Assembly: GCF_020745735.1 (NCBI RefSeq)
Contig: NC_083435.1
Span: forward strand, 37,783,090-37,847,089
DNA length: 64,000 nt
Direction: 5' to 3'
Source of the DNA: Hemiscyllium ocellatum
Lineage: Eukaryota
In this document: in pieces, positions 36,416-49,094 of the stretch
How the letters are laid out: each line of letters opens with the position of its first letter
Position numbering within the stretch: the first letter of the stretch is position 1
Notes under the pieces: generated by a model
What the model saw: only the letters and a program-made list of their open reading frames with translations
What the model was told of the DNA's origin: nothing
The model's database searches: none
Translations under genes and position numbers: made by a program

Positions 36416-37275
36416 CCCTACGTCAAGACAAGTTATTCACCAGTATTGAATAGGAAAGCATATTCAAGGTTTTCAAACAGTGAGAGGAAAGGTCACCACA
36501 AAAAGAGCTGGACTGGAAATTATACAACATGGAGGTACGGCGTCGAAGTTGGGGAAATGACTGTGATCCTGCATGTCAAGGATAGTGGTAGTTTTAATGA
36601 GTTATTACTGATGTGCAGCACAAGTGATGAATATGTTCTCTGCTGTGCTGCCATGCACTGGATAGTTTGCAGTGAGTTATCCGCTGGGAAGGGCAGATCT
36701 CAAGGAATTAACTCTTTCAGATAATGGGAATGCTCTGGCTGGGATTATTAGGGTATTTATGGAGAAACTGAGTGACAGATTCTACTGAGAAGTTGGGAAC
36801 TGTTACTTTTCAGTCTGAAAAGATTAATAAACAGTGCTTTAAACAACAGATTGAAAGCTCTATCACTACAAATCATTTGACTGAAAGAGTGAAGGACTGG
36901 GGAAAGGATATTGTTGAGAATATCTGTACCAAGCATCCATCCAATAAATTGCATATAATTTTTTTGTGCTGTGCTGTCTGTAATGATTGTAATGAGGTCA
37001 GCCAGCTGGACCTCATAGAATCTGAGTTCCCTGATTGGACCAGATTAACAGCCCCAATCAGGGAGCCCTGGCTGACAGATATAAATGGAATATCTGCCCC
37101 AGAGATGGTCAAAAGATGCTGAGGGTGGTTAGTGAAGCTGGAAGGTGGGTAGGAGCGGGCTGCTTCAGCGTGGTCGGAAGGTGGGAGGGACGGGGGCTTG
37201 CTGAGTCTGTATTGTCTGCACTTCTGTATGTAACAGTATTGTCTAATGTACAAATGCCATTGTCACTGTCTTCAT

Positions 37276-37485
37276 GGAGAAAGTGAGGTCTGCAGATGTT
37301 GGAGATCGGAGCTGAAAATGCGTTGCTGGAAAAGCGCAGCAGGTCAGGCAGCATCCAAGGAACAGGAGGCTGAAGATCAGAGCTGAAAATGGTTCCTGAA
37401 GAAGGGCTTATGCCCGAAATGTCGAATCTCCTGTTCCTTGGATGATGCCTGACCTTCTGCGCTTTTCCAGCAACACATTTTTAGC
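37276..37485. repeat. Foldback repeat (PLE-terminus derived), partially deleted
   Basis: gagaaagtgaggtctgcagatg arm and its reverse complement. Confidence 0.8.
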
Positions 37486-39384
37486 ATTGTCACTGTCTTG
37501 TCATATGTGGAACTGGGATTTGAGGTGTGTCCTTAACTCCCTGGAATATGGTTGAACAGTAGGGTTTGGGGCCTAGCTTTGCTGCTCCTCTTCCTTGTAA
37601 AAATGCTGTCTCTTGTACAGCTGTAAATGTTTTCTTGTAAACTGTTTTGTAATTTGTTTAATAAAATAAATAAATGGAATATGAAAATAAGCACTACCGC
37701 AGTTAGGCGATAGTGTGTGGGTTAAAAAAAGAAAAGAATTTTTAAAAAAATAAACAGGAGTGTCAGAGGTAACATTCACTCTGAGAGCTGACTCAGAGAA
37801 AAAAAGAAAAAAGAATTTAAAAAGTTAAAAAAAAATAAATGGAATGTGAAAGTAAGCACTACCGCAGTTAGGCGGTAGGGTGGGGGTTAAATTAAAAAAA
37901 TTTAAAAATAAACAGGAGTGTCAGAGGTTCGGCCACTCTGAGAGCTAGCTCTGAGGGGGCTCGATCACTGTCAAGGACTCTCCACGTGTGAATAAAGGGT
38001 GATTTGGTGACAGAATACCAGCCTTTGTGGAGTTATCCCACTCATGTTTCTCTGGATTATTGCTTGACCTTTCAGGAATATTGGTTCAGTGCCATAATGT
38101 TATATGTAGACGTTACAGTAATTGCTCTAGTTTATGCACCCACGGTTAAAGCAGTTAATCATTAAATAAGGAGTTTATGCCACACCATAGTTATTAAATA
38201 CTTTTGCATGTCACGGAGTCAAGAATATTAAAGCCCACAGTCATCTCATATGTTGCAGAAGGAATTAGCAATCTATCACACAACATCGTGTGGATACTGC
38301 AGTGCAGCATTCCGGCCTCTTCAGTACTGTCTTGTGAATTGCAGATCGCAGAAAAAAATAGAATAAATGGAATGTGTGGTGGAATATAAATAAAGATTTA
38401 TACACTTTGTTCGTCACTGTGTCGGACACCTGCACACACACAACATGGGGCCTGGGGAAAAATATAAGCACTACCGCAGTTAGGCACGAGTGTGGGGGAA
38501 AACAAGGAAAAGAAATAAACAGGAAGTCAGAGATTCTGTTCTGAGGAAGGCGGATTAGTGTCAAATACTTACCAAGTGTAATTAAAGGGTGACGTGGTGA
38601 TGGGACGCTGGCTGCTGTGGGGTTATATTTGTGGCAATGAGACAGAAAAAGAAGTGCTCCTGAAGAAATTGGCTCATCTTTGAGTCGGGGTAAGCGTTTC
38701 CGCCATTATGGTGTTATTTGGTAACCTTGACTCGTTTCAGTCCTGCCATCATAGGCTCGGCTCAGTACCTGGTAAAAATGTGTTATTGTTTCTAGGCAAA
38801 TGACACAGGGGCAGATGCAAAGCAAAGAGTAATTCTCCTGATAGCTTGGAGAGCCCCAGGTTTTTTTGGTTATTAGGTGGTAAGTGCTTCCTGAAGCTAA
38901 AACCATTCAAAGAGATGACGGATTTAGTTAAGGAATATTACAACCTCAAACCTCCTGTAATTCGAAGATGCTATCAGTTTTACTCAGCAGTTCAAGAATC
39001 CTTGTGGGGATTTTTGATGAGATTAAGGTGACCAGCAGAGGCATGTGAGTTTGGTGTAACCCATAATGAGATGTTGAGAGACCATTTGGTATTTGAGATT
39101 AAATGATGTGACCAATGCTAAGGGACCTAATGGCTGAAGCCCAACTGGACTTCAACCAGGCACTACAACTGGCTTGGTCGTTCTGAAGTGCAGCAAGAGG
39201 GGTTTAAGGGGTGACAGGGTGTTCCGATGTAAGGGTGACTGAGCTTGGGGAACACCACAATTGCATAGCCTCACCATGGACACACCCTGAACGCAGGGAC
39301 TCCAGGTCACAGCTAAAACCAAAACCAAAGCCAAGCCTCTACCAAACGGTTAACATATTTTCGAGGATCTGGGCCAGCAGTCAT

Positions 39385-39595
39385 GATTTGGAGAGGCCGG
39401 TGTTGGACTGGGGTGGACAAAGTTATAAATCACACAGCACCAGGTTATAGTCCAACAGGTTTAATTGGAAGCACTAGCTTTCGGAGCGACGCTCCTTCAT
39501 CAGGTGGTTGAGGTGATGAAAGAGCAGTGCTCCGAAAGCTAGTGTTTCCAATTAAACCCGTTTGGACTATAACCTGGTGTGTGATTTTTAACCTT
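39385..39595. repeat. Foldback PLE-terminus repeat inserted in the Gypsy element
   Basis: Arms caccaggttatagtccaa...agctttcggagc / gctccgaaagct...ttggactataacctggtg. Confidence 0.85.
39472..39506 (-). ncRNA. Minimal type I hammerhead-ribozyme-like motif
   Basis: Minus strand cac-CTGATGA-A-GGAGC-gtc-GCTCC-GAAA-GC-TA-gtg: core, 5-bp stem II, 3-bp stem I, palindromic AGCU in place of stem III. Confidence 0.55.
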
Positions 39596-40007
39596 GGGCC
39601 AGCAGGGCATTGTAGTTGCTGCCAGTGTGCAGACCCGAGACAGCAAAGCAGTCCCACTCTGCCTGACTTGAGTAAGAGAACTCATAGCCCAGGATCCAGG
39701 AGAGTACCCACCCTGGAAAGCCCACCTTCACACGGTTGGAACAGTTAAATTGCTTAGCAACATCCAAATCAGAACCAATCAAAATAAACGTCTGATTAAA
39801 TGGTCACCCAGTTCTAATGGAGGTTGAGATTGGTGCGGCTGTATCAGTGATTGCAGAGCCAGGCTTTAACTAGATTCCCTCTGGACTCCAGCCTTTAGGG
39901 TTTATGTAAGACCTCAGCCAGGCTGAGAACCTCTCCTGGGGAACCTTGACAGATTATGGGTACAACCTTGGCTTACGGTCTCGTCTAAGAAGCAGCTGGT
40001 TCACAGA

Positions 40008-40345
40008 ACATAGAACATAGAAAAACACAGCACAGTACAGGCCCTTCGGCCCTCGATGTTGCACTGATCCAAGCCCACCTAACCTACACTAGCCCACTAT
40101 CCTCTATATGCCTATCCAATGCCCGTTTAAATGCCCATAAAGAGGGAGAGTCCACCACTGCTACTGGCAGGGCATTCCATGAACTCATGACTCGCTGAGT
40201 AAAGAATCTACCCCTAACATCTGTCCTATACCTACCTCCCCTTAATTTAAAGCTATGCCCCCTCGTAATAGTTGACTCCATACGTGGAAAAAGGTTCTCA
40301 TTGTCAACCCTATTTAAACCCCTTATCATCTTGTACACTTCAGTT
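40008..40345 (-). mobile_element. CR1 3' fragment nested in the Gypsy element
   Basis: Minus ORF 40084-40377 YKMIRGL..RVDNENLFP; (ctatgtt) tail. Confidence 0.85.
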
Positions 40346-41039
40346 CCCACCGATTGTAGGAAAAGGCTCAGGCCCAAGCTTGATGGGCTGAAATGGGTTT
40401 AGAAAGTTTCACCTTGATTGGCTCAACATTTTTCGATGAGAAAATGGCTGCCTAAGTGAAGTCTGAATTAAATGCCCAGACCTTTTCAGGAAGGTCCTGG
40501 GACTATCCAAGGGGCTAAGGCCACCTTTACACGTTGAAGTAATTCCACAATTCTGCAAGGCCATCCCAGTGCCATTCTCTTTGTGCAGGCAGGAATCGGG
40601 AGCTTGGAAAACAAAGGAATCATCAGCCTGGGATGGTGTGCAGAATGGGCATCACCAGTCGTACTGATTGTGAAGGCCAGTTCACCGATGAGGGGATGTT
40701 AAATCAACAGTAAACTGCTGCTCACAGCTGGACAAATACCCAACCCCCTCACAGAGAGGATTTCTACACAAAGCTGACAAGGGGCTGCTCTTCAGGTCGC
40801 TGGACATGAGCCATGTGGGCATGCAATTGCCGTTAGATGAGGGTTCCCGGACGTATGCTACAATTAATACTCATTCTGGTTTGTACCAATATACAAGGCT
40901 GATATTTGGGATATCATCGGCCTGTGCCATCTTTCAGTGGACGATGGAGAACATTTTACAAGACCTACTCCAGGCTGCCATTTCTCTGGGTGATGTGCTA
41001 ATAACTGGGAAGGCTAATAAAGAGCATTTGAAGGACTAG

Positions 41040-41406
41040 CCGTCAAGGACGTTCAGTCTCGGATGTTCAGGTGACCGTCCTCCAAGGCGGACTTCAGGAT
41101 ACGCAACAATGCAGAGTGGCCGAGCAGAGGCTGATAGACAGGTTCCGTAGCCATGGGGATGGCCTCAACTGGGATCTTGGGTTCATGTCACACTACAGGT
41201 GACCCGCGAGACTGGACACTCACACACGCACGCGCACACACACGCACACACACACACATACACGCGCGCACACAAACACACACACACATACACACACGCG
41301 CACACACACGTAGACATACTCTCTCACACAAACACACTCTCACTTGGACACTGTCTCACACACGCACACTTTCTCACAGGCATATACTCCCTCACACTCA
41401 CACACA

Positions 41407-41447
<41 letters not shown>

Positions 41448-41965
41448 ATACACGTATATCAGTCTATGTGGTGAATTTACATTTGTAGATTTGTATTTGC
41501 AGAAACATGCAATTTTGTTCAAAAAGCAGACAATCTGTAGGCAGTCAGTCAGTGTGGCACTTTATAAATTCCTACTTTAGAAATGAAGCCGGTCTGACTC
41601 CAGGTTGACCGAGAATCACATTTGAAACAAGGTCTCACCTAAAATACACTGCCCTGAGATGTCACCTTTAGATTGATAAAACCTTAAGTTATCTCGGGGC
41701 AGGGACTTGGAAGAAATTCTGGGATTTACACATTAATCCCACAAAATGTGTATCTCCATTCTAACTGATTAGAGACTTAATAACAATCCAGGTTTGTTCA
41801 ATACATTCATATCAGTTGTGTGATTCTTTAATCTATTACCATAAAGCCTGAGTCGAAAGTATTCTCCCTCACTAGCTGACTGAGGAAGGGGCAGGTCTAT
41901 GAAAGCTTGTGGTTTCAAATAAACCTGTTGGACTATAACCCAGAGTCATGTGATTTTTGACTGAA
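41040..41965 (+). mobile_element. Penelope-like 3' end (GIY-YIG C-terminus, (CA)n tract, degenerate terminus) nested in the Gypsy element
   Basis: QGGLQDTQQCRVAEQRLIDRFRSHGDGLNWDLGFMSHYR* resembles the PLE endonuclease C-terminus. Confidence 0.7.
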
Positions 41966-42624
41966 AGAACTTGGACATGGTCCTTGGGTATTTCTGCAAG
42001 ACAGGTGTCTGCCCTAGAAGGGAAGAATAACTGTTCCAGGCACACCAAGTGACCGAGCTGACCTACAGTGTCGGTAAGACCTGTTTACACCCATTGGAGA
42101 ATAAAGTGAGGGCCCTCAAAGGTGTCTCCAGCTCCCACATCCCACAGCTTAGGGCGTAGGCTGGTGAATGATTACAGGAAGTCCTTCCATAACCTGGCCT
42201 CCAACCACACATCCTTACGTTTCCAACTGAAGACTGGTCAGCCTTGGAAATGTAGTCTTCAGGGAAGTGAAGAAGCAGCTTTCGCCATCTAAGGTGCTGA
42301 CACACTCTGATACCCAGTGAGATGTGCTGCTGACATGTAATACCTCCCCATTCAGTGTTGGCTCACAGACGGCCCAATGGAGAGGAATGCCCAATGTGTC
42401 TGTTTCCCGGACTTTGGCTGATGCAGTGTGTAAATACATCCAGATAGAGAAAGAAGCTTCAGTGGTCATCTTTGGTGGGAGAAATGTGCTACCGATATCT
42501 TTATGGATGTACATTTGTACTCACAGCAAACCTCAAACCCGTCAAGGGCTGACATAAAGAGGACGAATTCAGTGGTGGGCACTCACCCAGAGTGCGTGCG
42601 ATTACAAGCTGGAAAACTTGCAGG

Positions 42625-42790
42625 TACTGGCAGGTACATCACCACTGGTGCTCCCACCAGCGGGTACATCACTGGCACTGCCTTCACTGGCAGGTGCATC
42701 ACTGGTGATGCTCCCACTGGCAGGTACATCACTGGCACTGCCTTCACTGGCAGGTGCATCACTGGTGATGCTCCCACTGGCAGGTACATC
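42625..42790 (+). repeat. 30/60-bp tandem expansion inside the Gypsy integrase
   Basis: ggcaggt(a/g)catcactgg... units encode GRYITGTAFT/GRCITGDAPT repeats. Confidence 0.9.
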
Positions 42791-44829
42791 AATAGGCCAT
42801 CATTTACCAGCAGGGAATTTGAGTATTTCCTGAAGTCGAATGGCATATAAGGACAGCTCCATACCATCCATCATCCTGTGGTCAAGCAGAAGTAACAGGC
42901 TGAACTGTTAAGGCAAGCTGAAGGAAACAGCCTACAGCTTCACTCGATACCAAACTGTCCCTGTTCTCATTTGATTATCGGACCACCCTTTATGCAACCA
43001 AAGGGGTGGCTCGGGCAGAGTTGTCCTTGGGGCGAAGACTACGTACTAACTTAAACCTGCTCTTCCTTGACCTGGGAGCTGGGGTGAAATGGCATCAGGA
43101 ACACCAATACTTGACACAAGACTCCTCTAAGCAAGAGAGACTGTTTACTCATGGAGGAGGGGTTTTGGTGCTGGACCTATAGGAGTGCCTCTGCATGAGT
43201 AAGAGAATTGGTTGGTGCAAGGTCAGGAGCTGTGAAGTACAACATTTGGCTCAGTGAGGTGGTCCTGAACAAGCACGTGGACCACATGAAAGCTACACAC
43301 AGGGAGGGAGCAAAACATACACACACCTCCCCCCCTCAGAACAGCCAGAAACCAATGGGTTGTCCCCCTCTGCCTAGTGAAGAAGCTTCAGAGGCTAGCA
43401 TGGACACTGTGATGGAACAACCATCACGCCTTTACCACCTGAAGGGGAGGATGAATTTCTTCTGAGATGCTCAGGGCAAAAGAGGCAGGCTGAGCTCCAG
43501 AACAGACCAGCCGCATCCTAATCTGACTCAAAGGAAACAGACCCAGTGTGGACATGTCCCAGGAGAAGCTAAAGGAAAACTATCTACTGCCTACGTCCCG
43601 GGACTTAAACCGGAGGGATGCAGTGATCGGAATGATGTCAGCCCGGTGGACCTCAAAGAGTATGAGTTCCATGATTGGGGCTGTTAATCTGGTCCAATCA
43701 GGGAGCTCTAGCTGACAGATCGAAACAGGAATTACAGACATCCTGTTCACTCTGACAGCTCACTCTGAGGAAGCCAGACCAGGGTCAAGTACAATGCAGG
43801 TGTAAATAAAGGGCAATATAGTGACTCTCCTCTGTGGAGTTATTTCAATGCCCTTTGTATGTATAAACTGGAACAGCTCACAACACAGTGCTGTATGTGA
43901 CCAGAGTAGAGGGCTGAATGAACACAGGAATTAACAGTTATCAGTGAATGATACAACAAGAATTTGGAACAATTTGAGTTTAAAGAATAAACACATCAAC
44001 TGGAAACTATTTTCTTAAAAAAACTGAAGAAATTTCAACTAACGACACAGAAGCTGTAATATTCCTGCTGGCACTAGCATCAAAATGTTGTCCTTTTAGC
44101 GGGAAAACAGAAAATCCTGAAAATACTCACCAGCTCTGGCAACATCTGTGGAGAAAGATCATTTCCTCAGTAAGTATTCAAATGATACAGAATTGACTTC
44201 CAATCCTTGATTTCCCATTAGCTTTTCTAGTTTACTAATTACGTTTTAAATTTATTGTTTTCACCCAGCAACTTCTCTCTGTGTGCAGGATTGACCCTAA
44301 ATCAGCAAATGACTAAAGTAAAATCAAGGACTGTTTAAATTTGAAGCAGGTATTGAATATGCTGAGAGAAGCAGACAGCTCCATCATCTGAGCTATTTAA
44401 TGGGGAGAAAGATATGTTCCTCAAGCTCATATCATTTTCTACTAGTACAGCAAAATAGGATGATTCCTGATGAAGGGCTATTTCCTTGTTGCTCAGATGC
44501 TGCCTGACCTGCTGTGTTTTTCCAGCACCACATTCTCAACAGCAAAAGCGGAGGTTGTTCAGCCTATCCTGCCTCTGTGATAACTCTTAGAGTTATCTAT
44601 TTAGTTACAGTTCTTCCCCTTTCCCTGTAAATGATCCCTTCCAAGTGTTGATTGCCTTTTGTCAGTTCTGTATGACAGGGAAGTAACTGCTCAGAATCAG
44701 TTAGATAGAAAGAAATATTAATGGTAAATCCAAAATAAAATGACTAAATATGCAAGAGGCTAATCAGGATCTAAAAGTAGATATAAAAAGAGTCACTTTT
44801 CATTATATGTTCTCTTTTCAAATGCTGAC

Positions 44830-45180
44830 TGCACAGGGATGCTCCAGGGAAAACAGCCCCAGCCTTTGCAGCCTCTCCCTGTAGCTCAGATCCTCCAACC
44901 CTGGCAACATCCTTGTAAATCTTTTCTGAACCCTTTCAAGTTTTACAACATCTTTCCAATAGGAAGGAGATCAGAATTGCATGCAATATTCCAAAAGTGG
45001 CCTAACTAATATCCTGTACAGCCGCAACATGACCTCCCAACTCCTATACTCAATACTCTGATCAATAAAGGAAAGTATACCAAACACCTTCTTCACTATC
45101 CTATCTCCCTGCGACTCCACTTTCAAGGAGCTATGAACCTGCACTCCAAGGTCTCTTTGTTCAGCAACACTCCCTGGGAC
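44830..45180 (-). mobile_element. CR1 fragment (same family as 49095-52420)
   Basis: Close match to about 49490-49830. Confidence 0.8.
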
Positions 45181-45420
45181 CTTATCAAAATGTTATAATG
45201 CATTACATTAACATTTTTACTAGATTATTCTTATGCTTTTCAATTATTTTGTTATAGTTTCAGACATTTAAATCAAATAATTAAACAGGGAGTTACTAAT
45301 GATGTTGCTTGTGTTCAATTATTTGACAAGGTGTGGTTCCAGGCAATGTTGTCTTGTTGCAAAAATTTAACATCATTGAATGAAATTTTAACCTTAAAAT
45401 TCTTTTGGGAATTTAATTCC

Positions 45421-46420
45421 ACAGGGCTCAGTGTTGGGGCCACAGTTGTTCACGTTATATATTAATGATCTGGATGAAGGGACTGGGGGCAATCTAGCGA
45501 AGTCTGCCGATGATACGAAGTTAGGTGGGCAGGCAGGTAGTACTGAGGAAGTGGGGAGGCTGCAGAAGGATCTAGACAGTTTGGGAGAGTGGTCCAGGAA
45601 ATGGCTGATGGAATTCAATGTGAGCAAATGCGAGGTCTTGCACTTTGGAAAAAAGAATAAAAGCGTAGACTACTTTCTAAACGGTGAGAAAATTCGTAAA
45701 GCCAAAGTACAAAGGGATCTGGGAGTGCTAGTCGAGGATTCTCTGAAGGTAAACATGCAGGTTGAGTCCGTGATTAAGAAAGCGAATGCAATGTTGTCAT
45801 TTATCTCAAGAGGGTTGGAATATAAAAGCACCATTGTGCTACTGAGACTTTATAAAGCTCTGGTTAGGCCCCATTTGGAGTACTGTGTTCAGTTTTGGTC
45901 CCCACACCTCAGGAAGGACATACTGGCACTGGAGCGTGTCCAGCAGAGATTCACACGGATGATCCCTGGAATGGTTGGTCTAACATATGAGAATGGCTGA
46001 GGATCCTGGGATTGTATTCATTGGAGTTTAGAAGAGTAAGGGGAGACTTAATAGAAACTTTCAAGATAATAGATGGCTTGGAAAGGGTGGACGCTAGGAA
46101 ATTGTTCCGTTAGGCGAGGAGAGTAGGACCCGTGGACACAGCCTTAGAATTAGAGGGGGTCAATTCAGAACAGAAATGCGGAGACATTTCTTCAGCCAGA
46201 GAGTGGTGGGCCTGTGGAATTCATTGCCACAGAGTGCAGTGGAGGCCGGGACGCTAAATGTCTTCAAGGCAGAGATTGATAGATTCTTGATGTCACGAGG
46301 AATTAAGGGCTACGGGGAGAATGTGGGTAAGTGGTGTTGAAATGCCCATCAGCCATGATTAAATGGCAGAGTGGACTTGATGGGCCGAATGGCTTTACTT
46401 CCACTCCTATGTCTTACGTT
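45421..46420 (+). mobile_element. 5'-truncated CR1 LINE, inserted in copy 2 only
   Basis: ORF 45431-46000 LGPQLFTLYINDLD..SADDTKLGG..RPHLEYCVQFWSP; the site is empty in copy 1 near 3855. Confidence 0.9.
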
Positions 46421-47802
46421 TTATGGTCTTAATAAATAGATTCTTGAATTTCTGCTCACCAACTTTGTCTGAATTGAATTAACTTTCTATAACCTTGCAA
46501 CAATTATTTCTGTTCCGTTAGACATCTGTACTGTATCGAGTGATTTACTTTGAAATTGTATTAACTTTAATCAGCAATCACCTGCATATCAATAAAACAT
46601 CCACCTTGGTGTCATCTTTAACGGCAATTAAATATCTGGACAAATCTGTGTGGGGAGTAATTGACTAGAGGATGGAGCCCTCACCTCAGTGGATAATTTA
46701 TTACTATTTTAGTATTAAGTGACTGAATATATTTTCACTCGGACACCTTTCACACTCAGTGCCTCACTGTACTGCACAGTACTTCATTAGGGACCCTCAC
46801 AATCCCTTCAAGTCAGAGTGTGACCGTAAATGTATAAGATCTGATCATGTAGCCTGGCCTAGGTACGGAGCAGAACACGATTTTTTAGGTCATCAGAATG
46901 TATAGCAACCCCTAGAATTTGAAATTTGTTGGAATATATAACCCATCAGATGATAATTCAGACTATATATATCATGAAGCAATTTCATCAACAGTAATAA
47001 TTTACTTTTTATATGTTTCCCTAGTAAACACAATTCACATATTTTCCCATGATTTTTAAAAGGATTTTGATGGTTATTAATATTTTTGGATATGTTAAAT
47101 GTATATGATGAGGAAAGATTAAACGTATGATTCATACATATATATGAAATACCACAATCTAGTGACAGACAGGGGCTGTACACACTTGCATTACTGTGTG
47201 ATAACTGAAACAACTTACCAAAAACCATCCTGCATTCAGAGTTACCAAGCAAATGGATCAAGCAAACAAGTTCCCTTTCCTCTTAGTGTTTTTGAGAAAG
47301 TGATCACATGTTGAGATTCCTGCAGCTCCACCCACTACATGATCAATCTTGTCTGCATCCACTTAGTTAGTGATCGAGCCATCTCTTGGCTGAATGAGCT
47401 TGATGCTAGGATAGGGCATATCAAAGCTATCCTACACACTAATAGATTTGCTGATCAGTTCAACGTCAAGAATATTTGGAGGAGTGTTTGAAAACAAAAG
47501 GGAGAAATTAGTAAGACTGTATGGGAGACAGTGAAAGCAGAGACTGAAACTGAGGCAAACGAGGATTTGGCATTGTCAATGGCAAGTATTTCAATACAAT
47601 TGTCGATTCCTGTCTGGCCACAGGATGGTGCCAGAGGATTAGAGAATATCCAGTGTGGCACAACTATCCAAGAAGGGAAACTATAGACCGGCAGTGTAAC
47701 CTCAATGGTGGGGTGACGATTGGAAGCAAATCTGAGGGACGGAATTAGTTGGCAATTAGAGAGACAAGGATTAATCAAGAACAGTCACAATGGTTTTGTT
47801 AA

Positions 47803-48115
47803 CGGTGGCACAGTGGTTAGCACTGCTGCCTCACAGCGCCTGAGACCCGGGTTCAATTCCCGACTCAGGCGACTGACTGTGTGGAGTTTGCACGTTCTCC
47901 CCGTGTCTGCGTGGGTTTCCTCCGGGTGCTCCGGTTTCCCCGCACAGTCCAAAGATGTGTGGGTCAGGTGAATTGGCCATGCTAAATTGCCCATAGTGTT
48001 AGGTAAGGGGTAAATGTAGGGGTATGTGTGGGTTGCGCTTCAGCGGGTCGGTGTGGACTTGTTGGGCTGAAGGGCCTGTTTCCACACTGTAAGTAATCTA
48101 ATCTAATCTAATCTA
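47803..48115 (+). mobile_element. Young tRNA-derived SINE (HE1-like)
   Basis: ggtggcacagtggttagcactgctgcc (A box), gggttcaattccc (B box), CR1-like 3' end and (ctaat)n tail. Confidence 0.92.
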
Positions 48116-48316
48116 AAGATCATGTCTGATAACTTGATTAAATTTTCCTAAGAGCTGGCCGGGTGTGTAGTTGAGAGTAATGCATTTGATATAGTCTACT
48201 TCGACTTCAGAAACGCTTTTGATAAGGTCCTGCGTGGAAGACTGAAAGCAAAAGTTGATACACATGGGATCCAAGGAAACCTGGCTAACTGGATCCAGAA
48301 TCGGCTGAGTGGCAGG

Positions 48317-49033
48317 TGTTATGAAGGTGTAGAGATGTACTGTACCTTGGAGAGAGACGAGAAGCTGTTGCAGACTTCGAGAGGCACAGAGAGTCCTGAA
48401 CAAGATAACAATGTAACGTTTGGTTGAAACAAATAGCAGCAGCTGGGTTACTGTGAAACCTAAAAACAGATTCAAATTTGGCCAAATTATGCCCCAAGAT
48501 ACCAGAATTCAATCAAGTTTGAATTTGGTATTTTGATAATATTAAAACCAATGAAATGACCTGATATTTTGGGGTATAAAACTGGACATTTTGAACAGTT
48601 AGAAGGAGAACTGCTAAGTCATCATCAAGTACAGATTGCTAACAGAACAGCTCTCTGAGAGGTATCTGTCTATAAGAAGTTTGCGCAGCAGAACATCAAA
48701 AAGACGACAGAGGAAAATCTGCAGAGGAAGATACAAACAGAAGATTCAACAGCTGGCTGGTTTTGAAAGTTGATATTTTTTGTAAATCTTAATCAAGATT
48801 TTTATTGGGCTAGTAATGTAGAGTGGGAGGTAAAAGATAAGTTTAAAATAAATAAGTTGTAAATAGTTGTTGGTTTTAATATTCTCTGTTGTACTTAAAG
48901 AATAAAGTTGCTCATTTTTACTTTAGTAACTTCTGGGATAAGCTTTTGCCTTTTGAATTTTAACCGATGGCAGGTGAATCTTTACGGTATGGCTGTTTTA
49001 AATTAGCAGAGGGGTGATCCCTGTTGTATCACA
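48317..49033 (+). mobile_element. Solo LTR (about 717 bp), same family as 20804-21512, inserted in an old CR1
   Basis: TGTT...CA termini; shared gggtataa..actgg..ttgaacagtt and aataaagttg blocks; TSD ambiguous (cagg). Confidence 0.7.
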
Positions 49034-49094
49034 GGGGAAGCAGATTGTGACGGTCAAGTGAGTCCAGTGGGGTCACACACAGTTCAATACTAGA

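Larger units (their letters stand above)
38360..43847 (+). mobile_element. Decayed Ty3/Gypsy LTR retrotransposon with nested PLE, CR1 and foldback insertions
   Basis: PBS-like tggcaatgag at 38632; gag (MVLFGNLDSF..., KEYYNLKPPVIRR); RT (EWASPVV, LDMSH, TINTHSGLYQYTRLIFG); RNase H (SRTLAD..KY.QIEKE); integrase (FTSREFEYFLKSNGI); PPT-like tract, then a TG...CA LTR at 43619-43847. Confidence 0.9.

Noticed and set aside
47803-47870. tRNA gene
   Set aside because: The A/B boxes belong to a SINE head followed by SINE body and a CR1-like tail; no full cloverleaf or acceptor stem.
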